This document shows, piece by piece, positions 50,565 to 59,805 of a DNA stretch of 64,000 nucleotides. Origin of the DNA: an uncultured delta proteobacterium. GTDB taxonomy: Bacteria > Desulfobacterota > Binatia > UBA9968. The first letter of the stretch is position 1; every line of letters begins with the position of its first letter. The translations under genes and the position numbers were made by a program. The stretch lies in the NCBI GenBank assembly GCA_963737905.1, contig CAVTUQ010000032.1:21096-85095 (forward strand), written 5' to 3'. Under the pieces are notes generated by a model. It was given only the letters and a program-made list of their open reading frames with translations, was not told the origin of the DNA and did not search any database.

Positions 50565-52969
50565 AGGCTGAAGAAAACGAATCCTCTAAATCCAAGCCGC
50601 GCCTCAATATCCCTGAGGGAGCGATGGTCATCATACCCCTGCGGAACCGGGTACTCTTTCCGTCGATGATCATGCCCGTTATGGTCCGCCGGCCGGAAAG
50701 GCTCCACGCCGTCGAAGAGACCGTTCGCCAACAACTGCCCATTGGATTTGTCACCCAACGCGATCCGAATATAGACGCTCCGCAGCCCAAAGACGTCTAC
50801 GGAGTAGGTACCGCGGCGGATGTCCTACGGATGTATACTCTGCCGGACGGTCAGCGTCAGATCCTCGTTCAGGGCCGCCGCCGCTTCGAGATCGGCGAAT
50901 TTCTTGAAACCGATCCCCTCCTCATTGCGCGTGTCACGATGGTGGAAGAAAAGGCACCGCAGACGAAGGAGTTCGAGGCGCGAATCTTACATCTGCGTCA
51001 AGAAGCAGCCAGGGCCTTGTCATTATTCCCTGAACCCATGAACGAACTGAGAGCGATGATCGAAAGGATTGACGATCCCTTATCCGTAATCGATGTCATC
51101 GCTTCCACCTTGGACCTTCCGTCCGCCGAGAAACAAGAGATCCTGGCGATCCTCGACCCGGAGGCACGAGCCCAAAGGGTTTCAGAAAAGTTGGCGCGTC
51201 AGATCGAATTGCTGGAACTGAGCAGAAAAATCGGCGATGAAACCAAGGAATCCATGGATAAGTCCCAGCGCCAATATTTTCTGCGCGAACAACTGAAGGC
51301 CATTCAAAAAGAGCTGGGTGAGGAGGATGGGAAAGGTAGCGAAGTTGAAGAGCTGAGAAAACAAATCTACGAGGCAAAAATGCCTCCCGAGGTCGAGAAG
51401 GAAGCGCTCAAAGAGCTGGCTCGGTTTGAGCGTATTCCAGAGATGGCGGCTGAACACTCGTTGTTAAGGACTTACTTGGACTGGTTGGTGGAGCTCCCTT
51501 GGAGCGTTTTTACCAAAGAAGAGATCGATCTTCCAAAAGCACGTGAAATTCTCGACACCGACCATTACGGTCTCGAAAAAGTGAAAAAACGCATTATTGA
51601 ATTTCTCGCGGTCCGTAAGCTGATGCCGCAGGGGAAAAGCCCTATTCTGTGCTTAATCGGTCCCCCGGGAGTAGGAAAGACCTCCCTCGGACAAAGCATC
51701 GCTCGCGCCATGAATCGCAAGTTCGTGCGCCAGAGTCTAGGCGGGGTCCACGATGAGGCGGATATTCGAGGGCATCGACGCACCTATATCGGCGCACTCC
51801 CGGGTAATATTATTCAGGGAATCAGAAAAGCCGGCAGTAGAAATCCCGTCTTCATGTTGGATGAAGTCGACAAACTCAGCGCAAGTTTTCATGGCGACCC
51901 ATCCGCCGCGTTGCTGGAGGTCCTCGATCCCGCTCAGAACGCAACCTTTCAAGACCATTACATCGCGCTTCCCTTCGATCTAAGTCAGGTATTGTTCATC
52001 GCAACGGCTAACGTGCTCGACACCGTTCCGGGCCCTCTGCGTGATCGAATGGAGATCCTGGAATTGCCGGGATACACCGAGGATGAAAAGCTGGCTATCG
52101 CCAAGGGATACCTCGTTCCCCGGCAGATTTCTGAAAATGGTCTTAACCCCGGAGAGATTACTTTTACTGACGAGGCGATCCGGGAAATTATCCGGTCCTA
52201 CACACGCGAAGCCGGAGTGCGCCAACTTGAGCGCCAGTTGGGAGCGGTCTGCCGCAGTGTGGCAACGCGCGTCGCCGATGGATTTAAAGAGGCTATAACT
52301 ATCAATAGAGAATCTCTCGCCACTTACTTGGGTCCGCAAAAGTTCTTCAACGAGATCGCGCTGCGCACGAGCTTGCCCGGAGTGGCTACCGGCTTGGCCT
52401 GGACCCCGTTTGGCGGCGACATTTTGTTTATCGAAGCGACGAAAATGGCGGGGGACGGCAAGTTACTTTTAACCGGCCAGCTCGGCAATGTAATGAAAGA
52501 AAGCGCGCAGGCCGCTTTGAGTCTTGTCAAATCTCGCGCGGAAACCCTGGGAATCGATCCCGATATCTTCAAGAAGAGCGACTTGCACATTCATATTCCC
52601 GCTGGCGCTATCCCGAAGGATGGTCCCAGCGCTGGAGTCACGCTTTTTGTCGCCCTCGTTTCACTTCTGACTGGACGGCGAATCAGCAGAGATGTCGCCA
52701 TGACGGGCGAGATCAGTCTGCGCGGCTTGGTACTCCCGGTAGGAGGAATCAAAGAGAAGATGCTGGCAGCGAAAAGAGCGGGTATTTCCTGCGTCTTGCT
52801 GCCTGAGTTGAACCGAAGAGACTTGGAAGAGATTCCCCCGGCAGGCCGCCAGGGGATCCGTTTTGAGTTTTTGCAAACGGCGGACGAGGCCTTGCGGCTT
52901 GCCCTAGAGCCCGAAGTCCCGAGCGGCTTTTCTCCCGGTGATAGACTCGCAGCTCGCTCGCTTTCCTGA
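50561..52969 (+). CDS. lon: Lon protease (endopeptidase La)
   Basis: GPPGVGKTS, LDEVDK, PKDGPSAG (catalytic Ser), GGIKEK. Confidence 0.97.
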   Translation: MKAEENESSKSKPRLNIPEGAMVIIPLRNRVLFPSMIMPVMVRRPERLHAVEETVRQQLPIGFVTQRDPNIDAPQPKDVYGVGTAADVLRMYTLPDGQRQILVQGRRRFEIGEFLETDPLLIARVTMVEEKAPQTKEFEARILHLRQEAARALSLFPEPMNELRAMIERIDDPLSVIDVIASTLDLPSAEKQEILAILDPEARAQRVSEKLARQIELLELSRKIGDETKESMDKSQRQYFLREQLKAIQKELGEEDGKGSEVEELRKQIYEAKMPPEVEKEALKELARFERIPEMAAEHSLLRTYLDWLVELPWSVFTKEEIDLPKAREILDTDHYGLEKVKKRIIEFLAVRKLMPQGKSPILCLIGPPGVGKTSLGQSIARAMNRKFVRQSLGGVHDEADIRGHRRTYIGALPGNIIQGIRKAGSRNPVFMLDEVDKLSASFHGDPSAALLEVLDPAQNATFQDHYIALPFDLSQVLFIATANVLDTVPGPLRDRMEILELPGYTEDEKLAIAKGYLVPRQISENGLNPGEITFTDEAIREIIRSYTREAGVRQLERQLGAVCRSVATRVADGFKEAITINRESLATYLGPQKFFNEIALRTSLPGVATGLAWTPFGGDILFIEATKMAGDGKLLLTGQLGNVMKESAQAALSLVKSRAETLGIDPDIFKKSDLHIHIPAGAIPKDGPSAGVTLFVALVSLLTGRRISRDVAMTGEISLRGLVLPVGGIKEKMLAAKRAGISCVLLPELNRRDLEEIPPAGRQGIRFEFLQTADEALRLALEPEVPSGFSPGDRLAARSLS

Positions 52970-53066
52970 CAAAGTGATCTATAGCCCAGGTCCGCATAAG
53001 AGTGTTACTTCACAAAAACCAGGCGTGATCTGCCTATGTCTCCGAAGTTCGCTAAATAATTCATTC

Positions 53067-53163
53067 GTCATTCGGGGCGACCCCGGATCAGAGTCCGGGG
53101 TAGCGCGACCCAGAATCCAGGAAATTGAAAGGCTTTCTGGATGTCCGCTTTCGCGGGCATGAC
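53067..53163. repeat. REP-like palindromic element
   Basis: GTCATT...AATCCAG...CTGGATGTCCGCTTTCGCGGGCATGAC with internal CCCCGGA/TCCGGGG hairpin. Confidence 0.7.
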
Positions 53164-53191
53164 CATGGAAGAGCCACAGACTTGCTTCCTA

Positions 53192-53542
53192 CTAGCTCTT
53201 CTTTCCCGTTTCATCTTTGGCGAAGCATCGATCAAGGAATGCACCCAGTGGGCCACGCCCTGCCCTTCTCAAAATCCCTTTCAGCTCGCCTTTATCCAGC
53301 CAAATCCCTTCACAGCTTTCACAGCGATCCACGACAAAATCCATAAACTTATAGCTGGCAAGTTTCCCCGGACACTTTGGACAGTTGATTATCTGTCCTT
53401 CCCGCCTGACCAATCCAACCTTCTGAAACTCGGCCTTCATCCCCTCAATCAGTTCGTGTTCTTTCACAGCAAAATAGCTATCTTCATTGGCTCGCTCGTC
53501 AAACTTTACCTTCTCGCCGAAGCGATCCTTTTCGTTTTCCAT
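53192..53542 (-). CDS. zf-TFIIB zinc-ribbon protein
   Basis: CPKC...VDRCESCEGIWLDKGEL. Confidence 0.88.
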   Translation of the reverse strand: MENEKDRFGEKVKFDERANEDSYFAVKEHELIEGMKAEFQKVGLVRREGQIINCPKCPGKLASYKFMDFVVDRCESCEGIWLDKGELKGILRRAGRGPLGAFLDRCFAKDETGKKS

Positions 53543-53605
53543 GGATTTGCTCTCCGAGGTCATTTTGGCCACGACATTCCCCGTGGTAAGTGACCCTCAG
53601 TCGCA

Positions 53606-53832
53606 CTATGACGATTTCTTGGTTCCAACCACGACCAACACGATCCCGCCTACAAGCACCATTCCGCCCAAGAGAGGCGAAAGCGGGATGGTCTTCTTGG
53701 TATCAACGGTGGCCTGAAGTGGGCCAACCTCGATAACTCGCGGCTTGTGTAGTTGATCCCTTGGTAAGCAAAAGCCACGATCCCGAGAAAGATGAGAGCG
53801 ATTCCAATAAGCGTTATCGATTTGGTACCCGT
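53606..53832 (-). pseudogene. DUF3185-like small membrane protein; ACG at the start position and a frameshift at ~53738
   Basis: GTKSITLIGIALIFLGIVAFAYQGINYTSRE / VIEVGPLQAT..TKKTIPLSPLLGG in two frames. Confidence 0.8.
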
Positions 53833-53861
53833 AAAAACTCCTTCCCTCAAAGCTGTAACGG

Positions 53862-54011
53862 CTACAAAACTCTACGTCCCTGAACAAGATTGACCACGAG
53901 AACTATCAGAGCAATAACCAATAGGATATGGATGAGACCACCCATCGTGTAAGAGGTGACCAATCCCAGTACCCACAGGATCAAAAGAATCACAAAGATC
54001 GTCCAAAGCAT
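53862..54011 (-). CDS. lmo0937-family small membrane protein (49 aa)
   Basis: MLWTIFVILLILWVLGLVTSYTMGGLIHILLVIALIVLVVNLVQGRRVL; AAGGAG RBS. Confidence 0.92.
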   Translation of the reverse strand: MLWTIFVILLILWVLGLVTSYTMGGLIHILLVIALIVLVVNLVQGRRVL

Positions 54012-54218
54012 GTTTCAACTCCTTTTTTATAGCGAACCTACTCTGCCGGGTTTTTACCCCCCAATGTTTCTCGCCTTTCTTCCTGCCAGGCCTGATTTTC
54101 GCCGATTCTGTCTTCGGTTGCCGGTCTGTCGTCTCGTAGAAGATATTGCGTTCACAGTTAGTGGACAAAGCGTTGTCAGGTCTACGAGTGAAAACCTGAG
54201 GCTTTATAAACATTGTTA

Positions 54219-54288
54219 ACGATACGCTGACGAGTTTGAAATTGCTGTCTAATAAGAGACCAATTAGAAAAGAAATGTCGTGAGGCCC
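54219..54288 (-). promoter_or_regulatory. Box-B promoter E
   Basis: TGTCT AATAAG AGACC at 54246-54261; -10 TATCGT 21 bp away. Confidence 0.7.
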
Positions 54289-54343
54289 GGACTCCTGCGC
54301 AGGGCGCTCTTTCCACCGATATCTCACCATTTCAGCAGCAGCG

Positions 54344-54493
54344 CTACAATTTCTTCTTCACGGCGTCGGCCGCGTCCTGAGTCTTTTCGCCCGCCCGCTC
54401 AACGTCTTGCCCTAAACCGTGAACCGTGTTGCAAGCCACATTCGTGCCCACGAGGAGCAACATCAATAGTGTTCCGAAGATTATGTGGTCCAT
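54344..54493 (-). CDS. Entericidin EcnA/B-family lipoprotein (49 aa)
   Basis: MDHIIFGTLLMLLLVGTNVACNTVHGLGQDVERAGEKTQDAADAVKKKL; AGGAGG RBS. Confidence 0.92.
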   Translation of the reverse strand: MDHIIFGTLLMLLLVGTNVACNTVHGLGQDVERAGEKTQDAADAVKKKL

Positions 54494-54842
54494 CGTTGTA
54501 CCTCCTGTTTTCGGATTTTATTTTCTGACATCATTCATCTAGCGCACTATCTGTGCCAGACGTGCGATGAGGGAAATGCAGTGTTTCCGATAGCTTCTTT
54601 AGGCTGTCAGAGTGAAAGGAAGAGAAGGCCCGCTAAAAGCGTCGAAACTCTCGACCAAAGGGTCGAATTAGATCGTGTGAATAATGCATTGAAACGGATG
54701 GAATTCGAATCCGACTCACGTCACCGGTCGTCCATGAGGATTACCGTGAAATATGGCGCGATCTTAAAAAAGAATTATCGCAGCGCACCGTGAACAGTTC
54801 ATTCACGTGCTCGATGCCCTGTTGCTCGCTGGCGATCAGTCT

Positions 54843-55729
54843 TCAGTTCACAAGCCTCTTGCGTATCAAATGCAGTTCCCGCCGGCGTTTCGCGCTGGGT
54901 TTGGGGTAAGCCATTTTTAGCCCTTGAATACGTCGAGGATGATCTCGGCAATGATCAGCCGAGCGTTCTCTTTATCGTCGGCAGGGACAACATGCCAGGG
55001 TGCGTGCTTTGTGCTCGTCGCACTCAGGCACGCCTCATACGCCTCCATGTAATGCTTCCAGAATTTTCTCTCTTCAATGTCGGCAAGACTGAATTTCCAG
55101 TTCTTATCCGGCTCATCAATGCGTTCGAGGAAGCGCTTTCGCTGTTCTTCCTTCGAAAGGTGAAGGAACAATTTGATGATTCGCGTGCCGTTGCGGTAGA
55201 GATGGTTTTCTAGATTCACGATGGAGCGATACCTCCCCTGCCAGACATTTTTCTCGTCGAGCAACTCGTCCGGCAGCCCCTCGCTGCGGAGAATCTCCGG
55301 ATGCACCCGAACGATCAGCACTTCCTCGTAGTAGGAACGGTTGAAGATGCCGATGCGGCCGCGTTCCGGCAGAGATCGGGTGGTGCGCCAGAGAAAATCG
55401 TGATCCAGTTCCGTAGCGCTCGGGTGTTTGAAGCTGAACACCTGGCAGCCTTGTGGATTGACACCGGACATCACATGCCGGATGGCGCCGTCCTTTCCGG
55501 CGGCGTCCATCGCCTGAAAAATCAGCAGCACCGCATAGCGGTTGGACGCGTAGTGAAGACGTTGCAGCGAGCTCAGCTCCTCGACCTGTTCTTCGAGGCG
55601 TTTGTTGTACTTCTTCTTCGACTTGTAAGCCGGCTTCACGAGCGTCGGCCACTTTTTGAGGTTGACCTTTTCACCTTCCTGGACCCGAAAATCCTTTGAA
55701 TTGATTTTCATTTTTATTCTTTCGGCCAT
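54843..55729 (-). CDS. ppk2: Polyphosphate kinase 2 family protein; last ~25 aa shifted out of frame at ~54920
   Basis: [24 protein letters not shown]; ORF stops at 54917 while [14 protein letters not shown] continues in another frame. Confidence 0.92.
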
Positions 55730-55753
55730 GCCAGCCGCGTTGTTAGCGTCGGC

Positions 55754-58570
55754 TTATTTATGGGGTTCATCTTTCTGATTCTCCCGCTCCGCCTTCTCCC
55801 AGTCCTGAACTACTCGAACGTCCTCGCGCCCTAGCTCCTCATAGAGCTCATGCACTCGCTTGACGATCTGCGGCGTCAAATCGGATGGTGTCTTGGCTTT
55901 TGGTTGAGGCTCGGCTTTGGTTTCGGTTTCGGGCTGCGGCGTGGTCTTGGCCTCACGTTGAGGCTCGACTACAGGCTTGATTTCAGCCTCAGCTTTTGAT
56001 TCTGGTTCGGATTTGGCTTGAGCCTTGAGATCGGCCCTGGTTTCAGGCTTAGACTCATCCTTAGCTTCGGGTTTAGGCTCGGTTTTGACGGGATCAAAAA
56101 TCCGATACCCGAGCAGTTTCACGCGATCATTCAGGAGGAACCATGCCAGAGCATAGCCCCAAACGAACAGTGCCCAGCTCCAGCCGAGGGGCGTCATGAA
56201 CAGCCCATAAACCGCGATCAACGTCGCCACGATTTGCGTGCCGAGCACGGCGCCCCATAAAATCTTTGCCGGACGGATGGACCAGAACGGGCCGCGCGTG
56301 CGCGTGAGGAAGATCGTCAGATGTCCCGCCACGGACAACTTCAAATACATCAACGTCTGGATGTGCGCGCGGTCGAGGTGAAAGACCCGCTCACCCAGAT
56401 AAAACAAACCGAAGGCGGAGACGACCCCGATGACGCCCAGCACCGTGGAGATCCCCAGTACCATGCGCATGTTCCAGGCCTCGGGCTGGTCCTTGTAATG
56501 AACGTTGTCATAAGCAATGGAGAGGATCGCGCCGTCGTTGAGCAACGCTAGCATCACGATCATCACCGCGGTCAACGGATAAAAATTAAAGACCAGGATC
56601 GCCAGCGTCATAAAGAACAGCACGCGCAGCGTCTCGGCGATGCGGTAGATTGCGTAGCTGTTCATCCGCTGGAAGATACGGCGGCTTTCCTTGACCGCGT
56701 CGATGATCACCGAGAGGCCGGGCGTCATCAGCACGATGGCCGCCGCCGCGCGCGCCGCGTCCGTCGCGGCCGAAACGGCGATGCCGCAGTCGGCCTTCTT
56801 CAGCGCGGGGGCATCATTCACCCCGTCGCCCGTCATGCCAACGATGTGACCGCGTTTTTGCAGCACGTCCACAATGTGGAACTTGTGCTCGGGAAACACC
56901 TGCGCGAAACCGTCGGCCTTCTCAATGGACTCGGTCACCTCTGTGGTTTCCTGCTTCTTTGAGTCGCCCAGGCTGGAGGCATCGAGGATGTCTGCGCCCA
57001 TGTCCAACTTCTTGGCGGTTTCCTTGGCGATGGCGAGTGCATCGCCCGTAACCATTTTGATCTTCACGCCCATCTGTCCCGCGGTTGCGATGGTCGCCTT
57101 GGCATCGTCGCGTGGCGGATCGAACAATGGCAACACGCCAACGAACTGCCATGAACTTTCTCCTCCTCCCTCGGCTCGCGCCACGCCCAACGAACGAAAA
57201 CCGCGCGCGGCAAACTCGTTGACCGCCTGCTCGACGGCGGCTTTCACCTGCCCGGCATTGGCCGCCAAGGCCAGAATCACCTGCGGCGCGCCCTTCGTCA
57301 CCTTGAACGGCTTTCCGTCTTTGGCTTTGACGGTGGCCTCGGTGCGCTTGTGGACCGGGTCGAAGGGCTGGAAATGCACCACCTCGTAAGACTTCAACGA
57401 ATCCTTGTCTTTCAGTCCGCCCAGAACGGCCAGATCAATGGTGTCGTTATTCTCCGCGCGCGACGCGAGCGCGCCATTGAGGATGACTTGATCGGCAGCG
57501 ATGTCGTTCAGGCTGAACGGGTCGCCCAAGGTCAGCTTGTTCTGGGTCAGGGTGCCCGTCTTGTCGGCGCACAGCACGTCTACGCCCGCCAATTCCTCGA
57601 TCGCCACTAACTTGCTTACTATCGCCTGTTTCCTGGCGAGCAGGCGCGCGCCGACCGCCATCGTCACCGACAACACCGTCGGCATCGCCACGGGAATCGC
57701 CGCCACAGTCAGCACCAGGGCGAACTGCAACGTGGCGAGGATCGGGTCGCCGCGGAAGATGGCGACGGCAATAATCACCGTGACAAGAGCCACCGCGAGG
57801 ATGATCAGGTAATTGCCAATCTTCAGCACAGCGCGTTGAAAGTGGCTGACGGTATGCGCTTCCTGCACCAGTTGCGCCGTCTTGCCGAAGTAGGTTTTCT
57901 CGCCCGTGGCATAGACCAATGCACCGATTTCACCCTGGCGAATAATCGAGCCGGAAAACACCGCCTCGCCTGGTTTGCGCGTGGCGGGCAACGACTCTCC
58001 CGTCAGCGCCGACTGATCCACCTCCACTGGGTCGCCGTCCAGCAGGCGCGCATCCGCCGGCACAATGTCGCCCAAGCGCAAACGGATGACGTCACCCGGC
58101 ACCAACTCACGCGCCGCCGGGTTGACCCACTTTCCATCACGTTTCACCCGGGCCTTTATCGCCAGTTTAGCCTTGAGGGCCTCGATGGCGTTTCCCGCCT
58201 CGCGTTCTTCCCAGAATCCGACCACAGCGTTGGCAACCAGCAAAAGGAGGATGATGAAAAAGTCCGGCCAGTGCCGGACGACGCCCGACAGAATCACCGC
58301 CACTTCAATCATCCACGGGATGGGCCCCCAAAAATAGCTGAGGAATTTCAGGAACGCATTGGTTTTCTTTTCTTCAATCTCGTTGGGGCCGTATTGGGTC
58401 AGCCGCTTCTGCGCCTCGGCTTGACTGAGGCCGTCCGGCGATGACCCCAATTTTTTCTCCAGTTCCGCCAGAGGCAGGGATTTCAAATCATCTTTCGCAT
58501 CGGGCTTGGCATTGGGCTTCGATCCCGGCTTCGATTCGGGAGTCTTGGGCGGGTCTTCATTGGCTTTCAT
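55754..58570 (-). CDS. Plasma-membrane-type H+-exporting P-type ATPase (P3A)
   Basis: WGPIPWMIE, LTGES, IPVAMP, DKTGT, PFDPV.KRT, KGAP, GDGVND, ALLNDG. Confidence 0.95.
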   Translation of the reverse strand: MKANEDPPKTPESKPGSKPNAKPDAKDDLKSLPLAELEKKLGSSPDGLSQAEAQKRLTQYGPNEIEEKKTNAFLKFLSYFWGPIPWMIEVAVILSGVVRHWPDFFIILLLLVANAVVGFWEEREAGNAIEALKAKLAIKARVKRDGKWVNPAARELVPGDVIRLRLGDIVPADARLLDGDPVEVDQSALTGESLPATRKPGEAVFSGSIIRQGEIGALVYATGEKTYFGKTAQLVQEAHTVSHFQRAVLKIGNYLIILAVALVTVIIAVAIFRGDPILATLQFALVLTVAAIPVAMPTVLSVTMAVGARLLARKQAIVSKLVAIEELAGVDVLCADKTGTLTQNKLTLGDPFSLNDIAADQVILNGALASRAENNDTIDLAVLGGLKDKDSLKSYEVVHFQPFDPVHKRTEATVKAKDGKPFKVTKGAPQVILALAANAGQVKAAVEQAVNEFAARGFRSLGVARAEGGGESSWQFVGVLPLFDPPRDDAKATIATAGQMGVKIKMVTGDALAIAKETAKKLDMGADILDASSLGDSKKQETTEVTESIEKADGFAQVFPEHKFHIVDVLQKRGHIVGMTGDGVNDAPALKKADCGIAVSAATDAARAAAAIVLMTPGLSVIIDAVKESRRIFQRMNSYAIYRIAETLRVLFFMTLAILVFNFYPLTAVMIVMLALLNDGAILSIAYDNVHYKDQPEAWNMRMVLGISTVLGVIGVVSAFGLFYLGERVFHLDRAHIQTLMYLKLSVAGHLTIFLTRTRGPFWSIRPAKILWGAVLGTQIVATLIAVYGLFMTPLGWSWALFVWGYALAWFLLNDRVKLLGYRIFDPVKTEPKPEAKDESKPETRADLKAQAKSEPESKAEAEIKPVVEPQREAKTTPQPETETKAEPQPKAKTPSDLTPQIVKRVHELYEELGREDVRVVQDWEKAERENQKDEPHK

Positions 58571-58614
58571 AATATGAATCCTTTCACGGTTTGGAAACTT
58601 TGCCACCGCGCGCG

Positions 58615-59724
58615 CTACACTTTTGCATCCGGCGGATCGGCAACTCCTCCCGGCGGCAAGGAGTCCGGCAAATCAAGGCGTGCCACCCCAATCCGATTGT
58701 CGGCCATCCCGTAATAGACGTCGAAGCGGTCCGGTGAGCCGAGATCGTCGCGCCGGTCAATGCCGGTGGGGAACACAACGTTGGCGATGGTGCCACTACG
58801 TTCTTGCGGCAACTCCGGCGTCAACACCGGCGCCGCCGAACGATAGCGGATAAAGCGCGGATGCTCTTCCGAGAGCACCATCACCCCGGCCGAGTAGCAT
58901 AGCTGGCGTCCGCCGTTGCTTGCCTCCGCCATTTTGCTCACGCCGTGGTAAAGGATCAGCCAGCCATGCCGGGTGAGGATGGGCGGAGTGCCGCCGCCGA
59001 TTTTGAGCCGCTCCCAAGGCGATACCGGAGTTGCCAGCCGGTGATGGGAGTTAAACAGGCCAAGATGATCCGGTTCGAGTCTCTCCAAGGCCATCGGGCA
59101 GTAGGAAATCCAGATGCTTTCATGATCGAGATCCACTACCCGGGACGCGGTCTGGCACGCAGTTTCCTCGGGACGAGTGCCAGGAAAAAGCGGGCGATGG
59201 AGCATAGCCAGCTGCATTTTCCCGGCGTGATTGGGAATGGCGACGGGGAAGAGGCTGGCGTCCTTGTTGTCCACATGGACGAAATCGATGCCGTGATATG
59301 GCTCAAAAGTCGCGAGCCCGATACGCTTCCAGTGGAACAAATCTTCGGACATTGCCAGGGCGATACGTGGGCCTTCCGGCGAGAGCGCCGTGTAAGTCAT
59401 CACGTAGTGCCGGAGCGGTTCAACAAACGTGACACGTGGATCCTCGCAGCCGCCACGACCGTCGGGCCACCGTTCGTAATCGGCTTCCGGCTCCAGCACG
59501 ATGCCGAGCCGCTCGACTCCGCAGGGATCGCCGGCATCATTGAACCGAACCCGGGCAATGCCGATGCGCGAATAGTTTCCCTTCGCGACCAGCCGTGGAA
59601 AAAGATAGAGCTGGCCATCAAGACCACGGGCCGCAGCCGGGTTCAGGACCCCTTCGGTCTCAAGAGGATTGCCCGGCTCCGGCTCCATCACCAGCCCAAG
59701 GCGTCGCAACTGAAATCCAATCAT
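58615..59724 (-). CDS. GH130/PH1107-like glycosidase or mannoside phosphorylase
   Basis: GVLNPA, GCEDPR, NKDA, KIGGG.PP, YHGV, NVVFP, YYGMAD. Confidence 0.9.
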   Translation of the reverse strand: MIGFQLRRLGLVMEPEPGNPLETEGVLNPAAARGLDGQLYLFPRLVAKGNYSRIGIARVRFNDAGDPCGVERLGIVLEPEADYERWPDGRGGCEDPRVTFVEPLRHYVMTYTALSPEGPRIALAMSEDLFHWKRIGLATFEPYHGIDFVHVDNKDASLFPVAIPNHAGKMQLAMLHRPLFPGTRPEETACQTASRVVDLDHESIWISYCPMALERLEPDHLGLFNSHHRLATPVSPWERLKIGGGTPPILTRHGWLILYHGVSKMAEASNGGRQLCYSAGVMVLSEEHPRFIRYRSAAPVLTPELPQERSGTIANVVFPTGIDRRDDLGSPDRFDVYYGMADNRIGVARLDLPDSLPPGGVADPPDAKV

Positions 59725-59805
59725 CCATTCTCCTCACAAACGTCGCGCGGGCTGAAAGCAATCTAAACAAGCGATGATCGCGAGTTGCAGTCCGCAAACC
59801 TTGGT

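Noticed and set aside
54344-54493. Entericidin as a toxin-antitoxin pair
   Set aside because: Only one EcnA/B-family gene is present, and the context is a general stress island.
1427-54783. Box-A and Box-B copies as CRISPR repeats or integron attC sites
   Set aside because: The copies are degenerate, irregularly spaced and tied to gene 5' ends. They lack RYYYAAC/GTTRRRY ends, and no cas or integrase gene is in the window.
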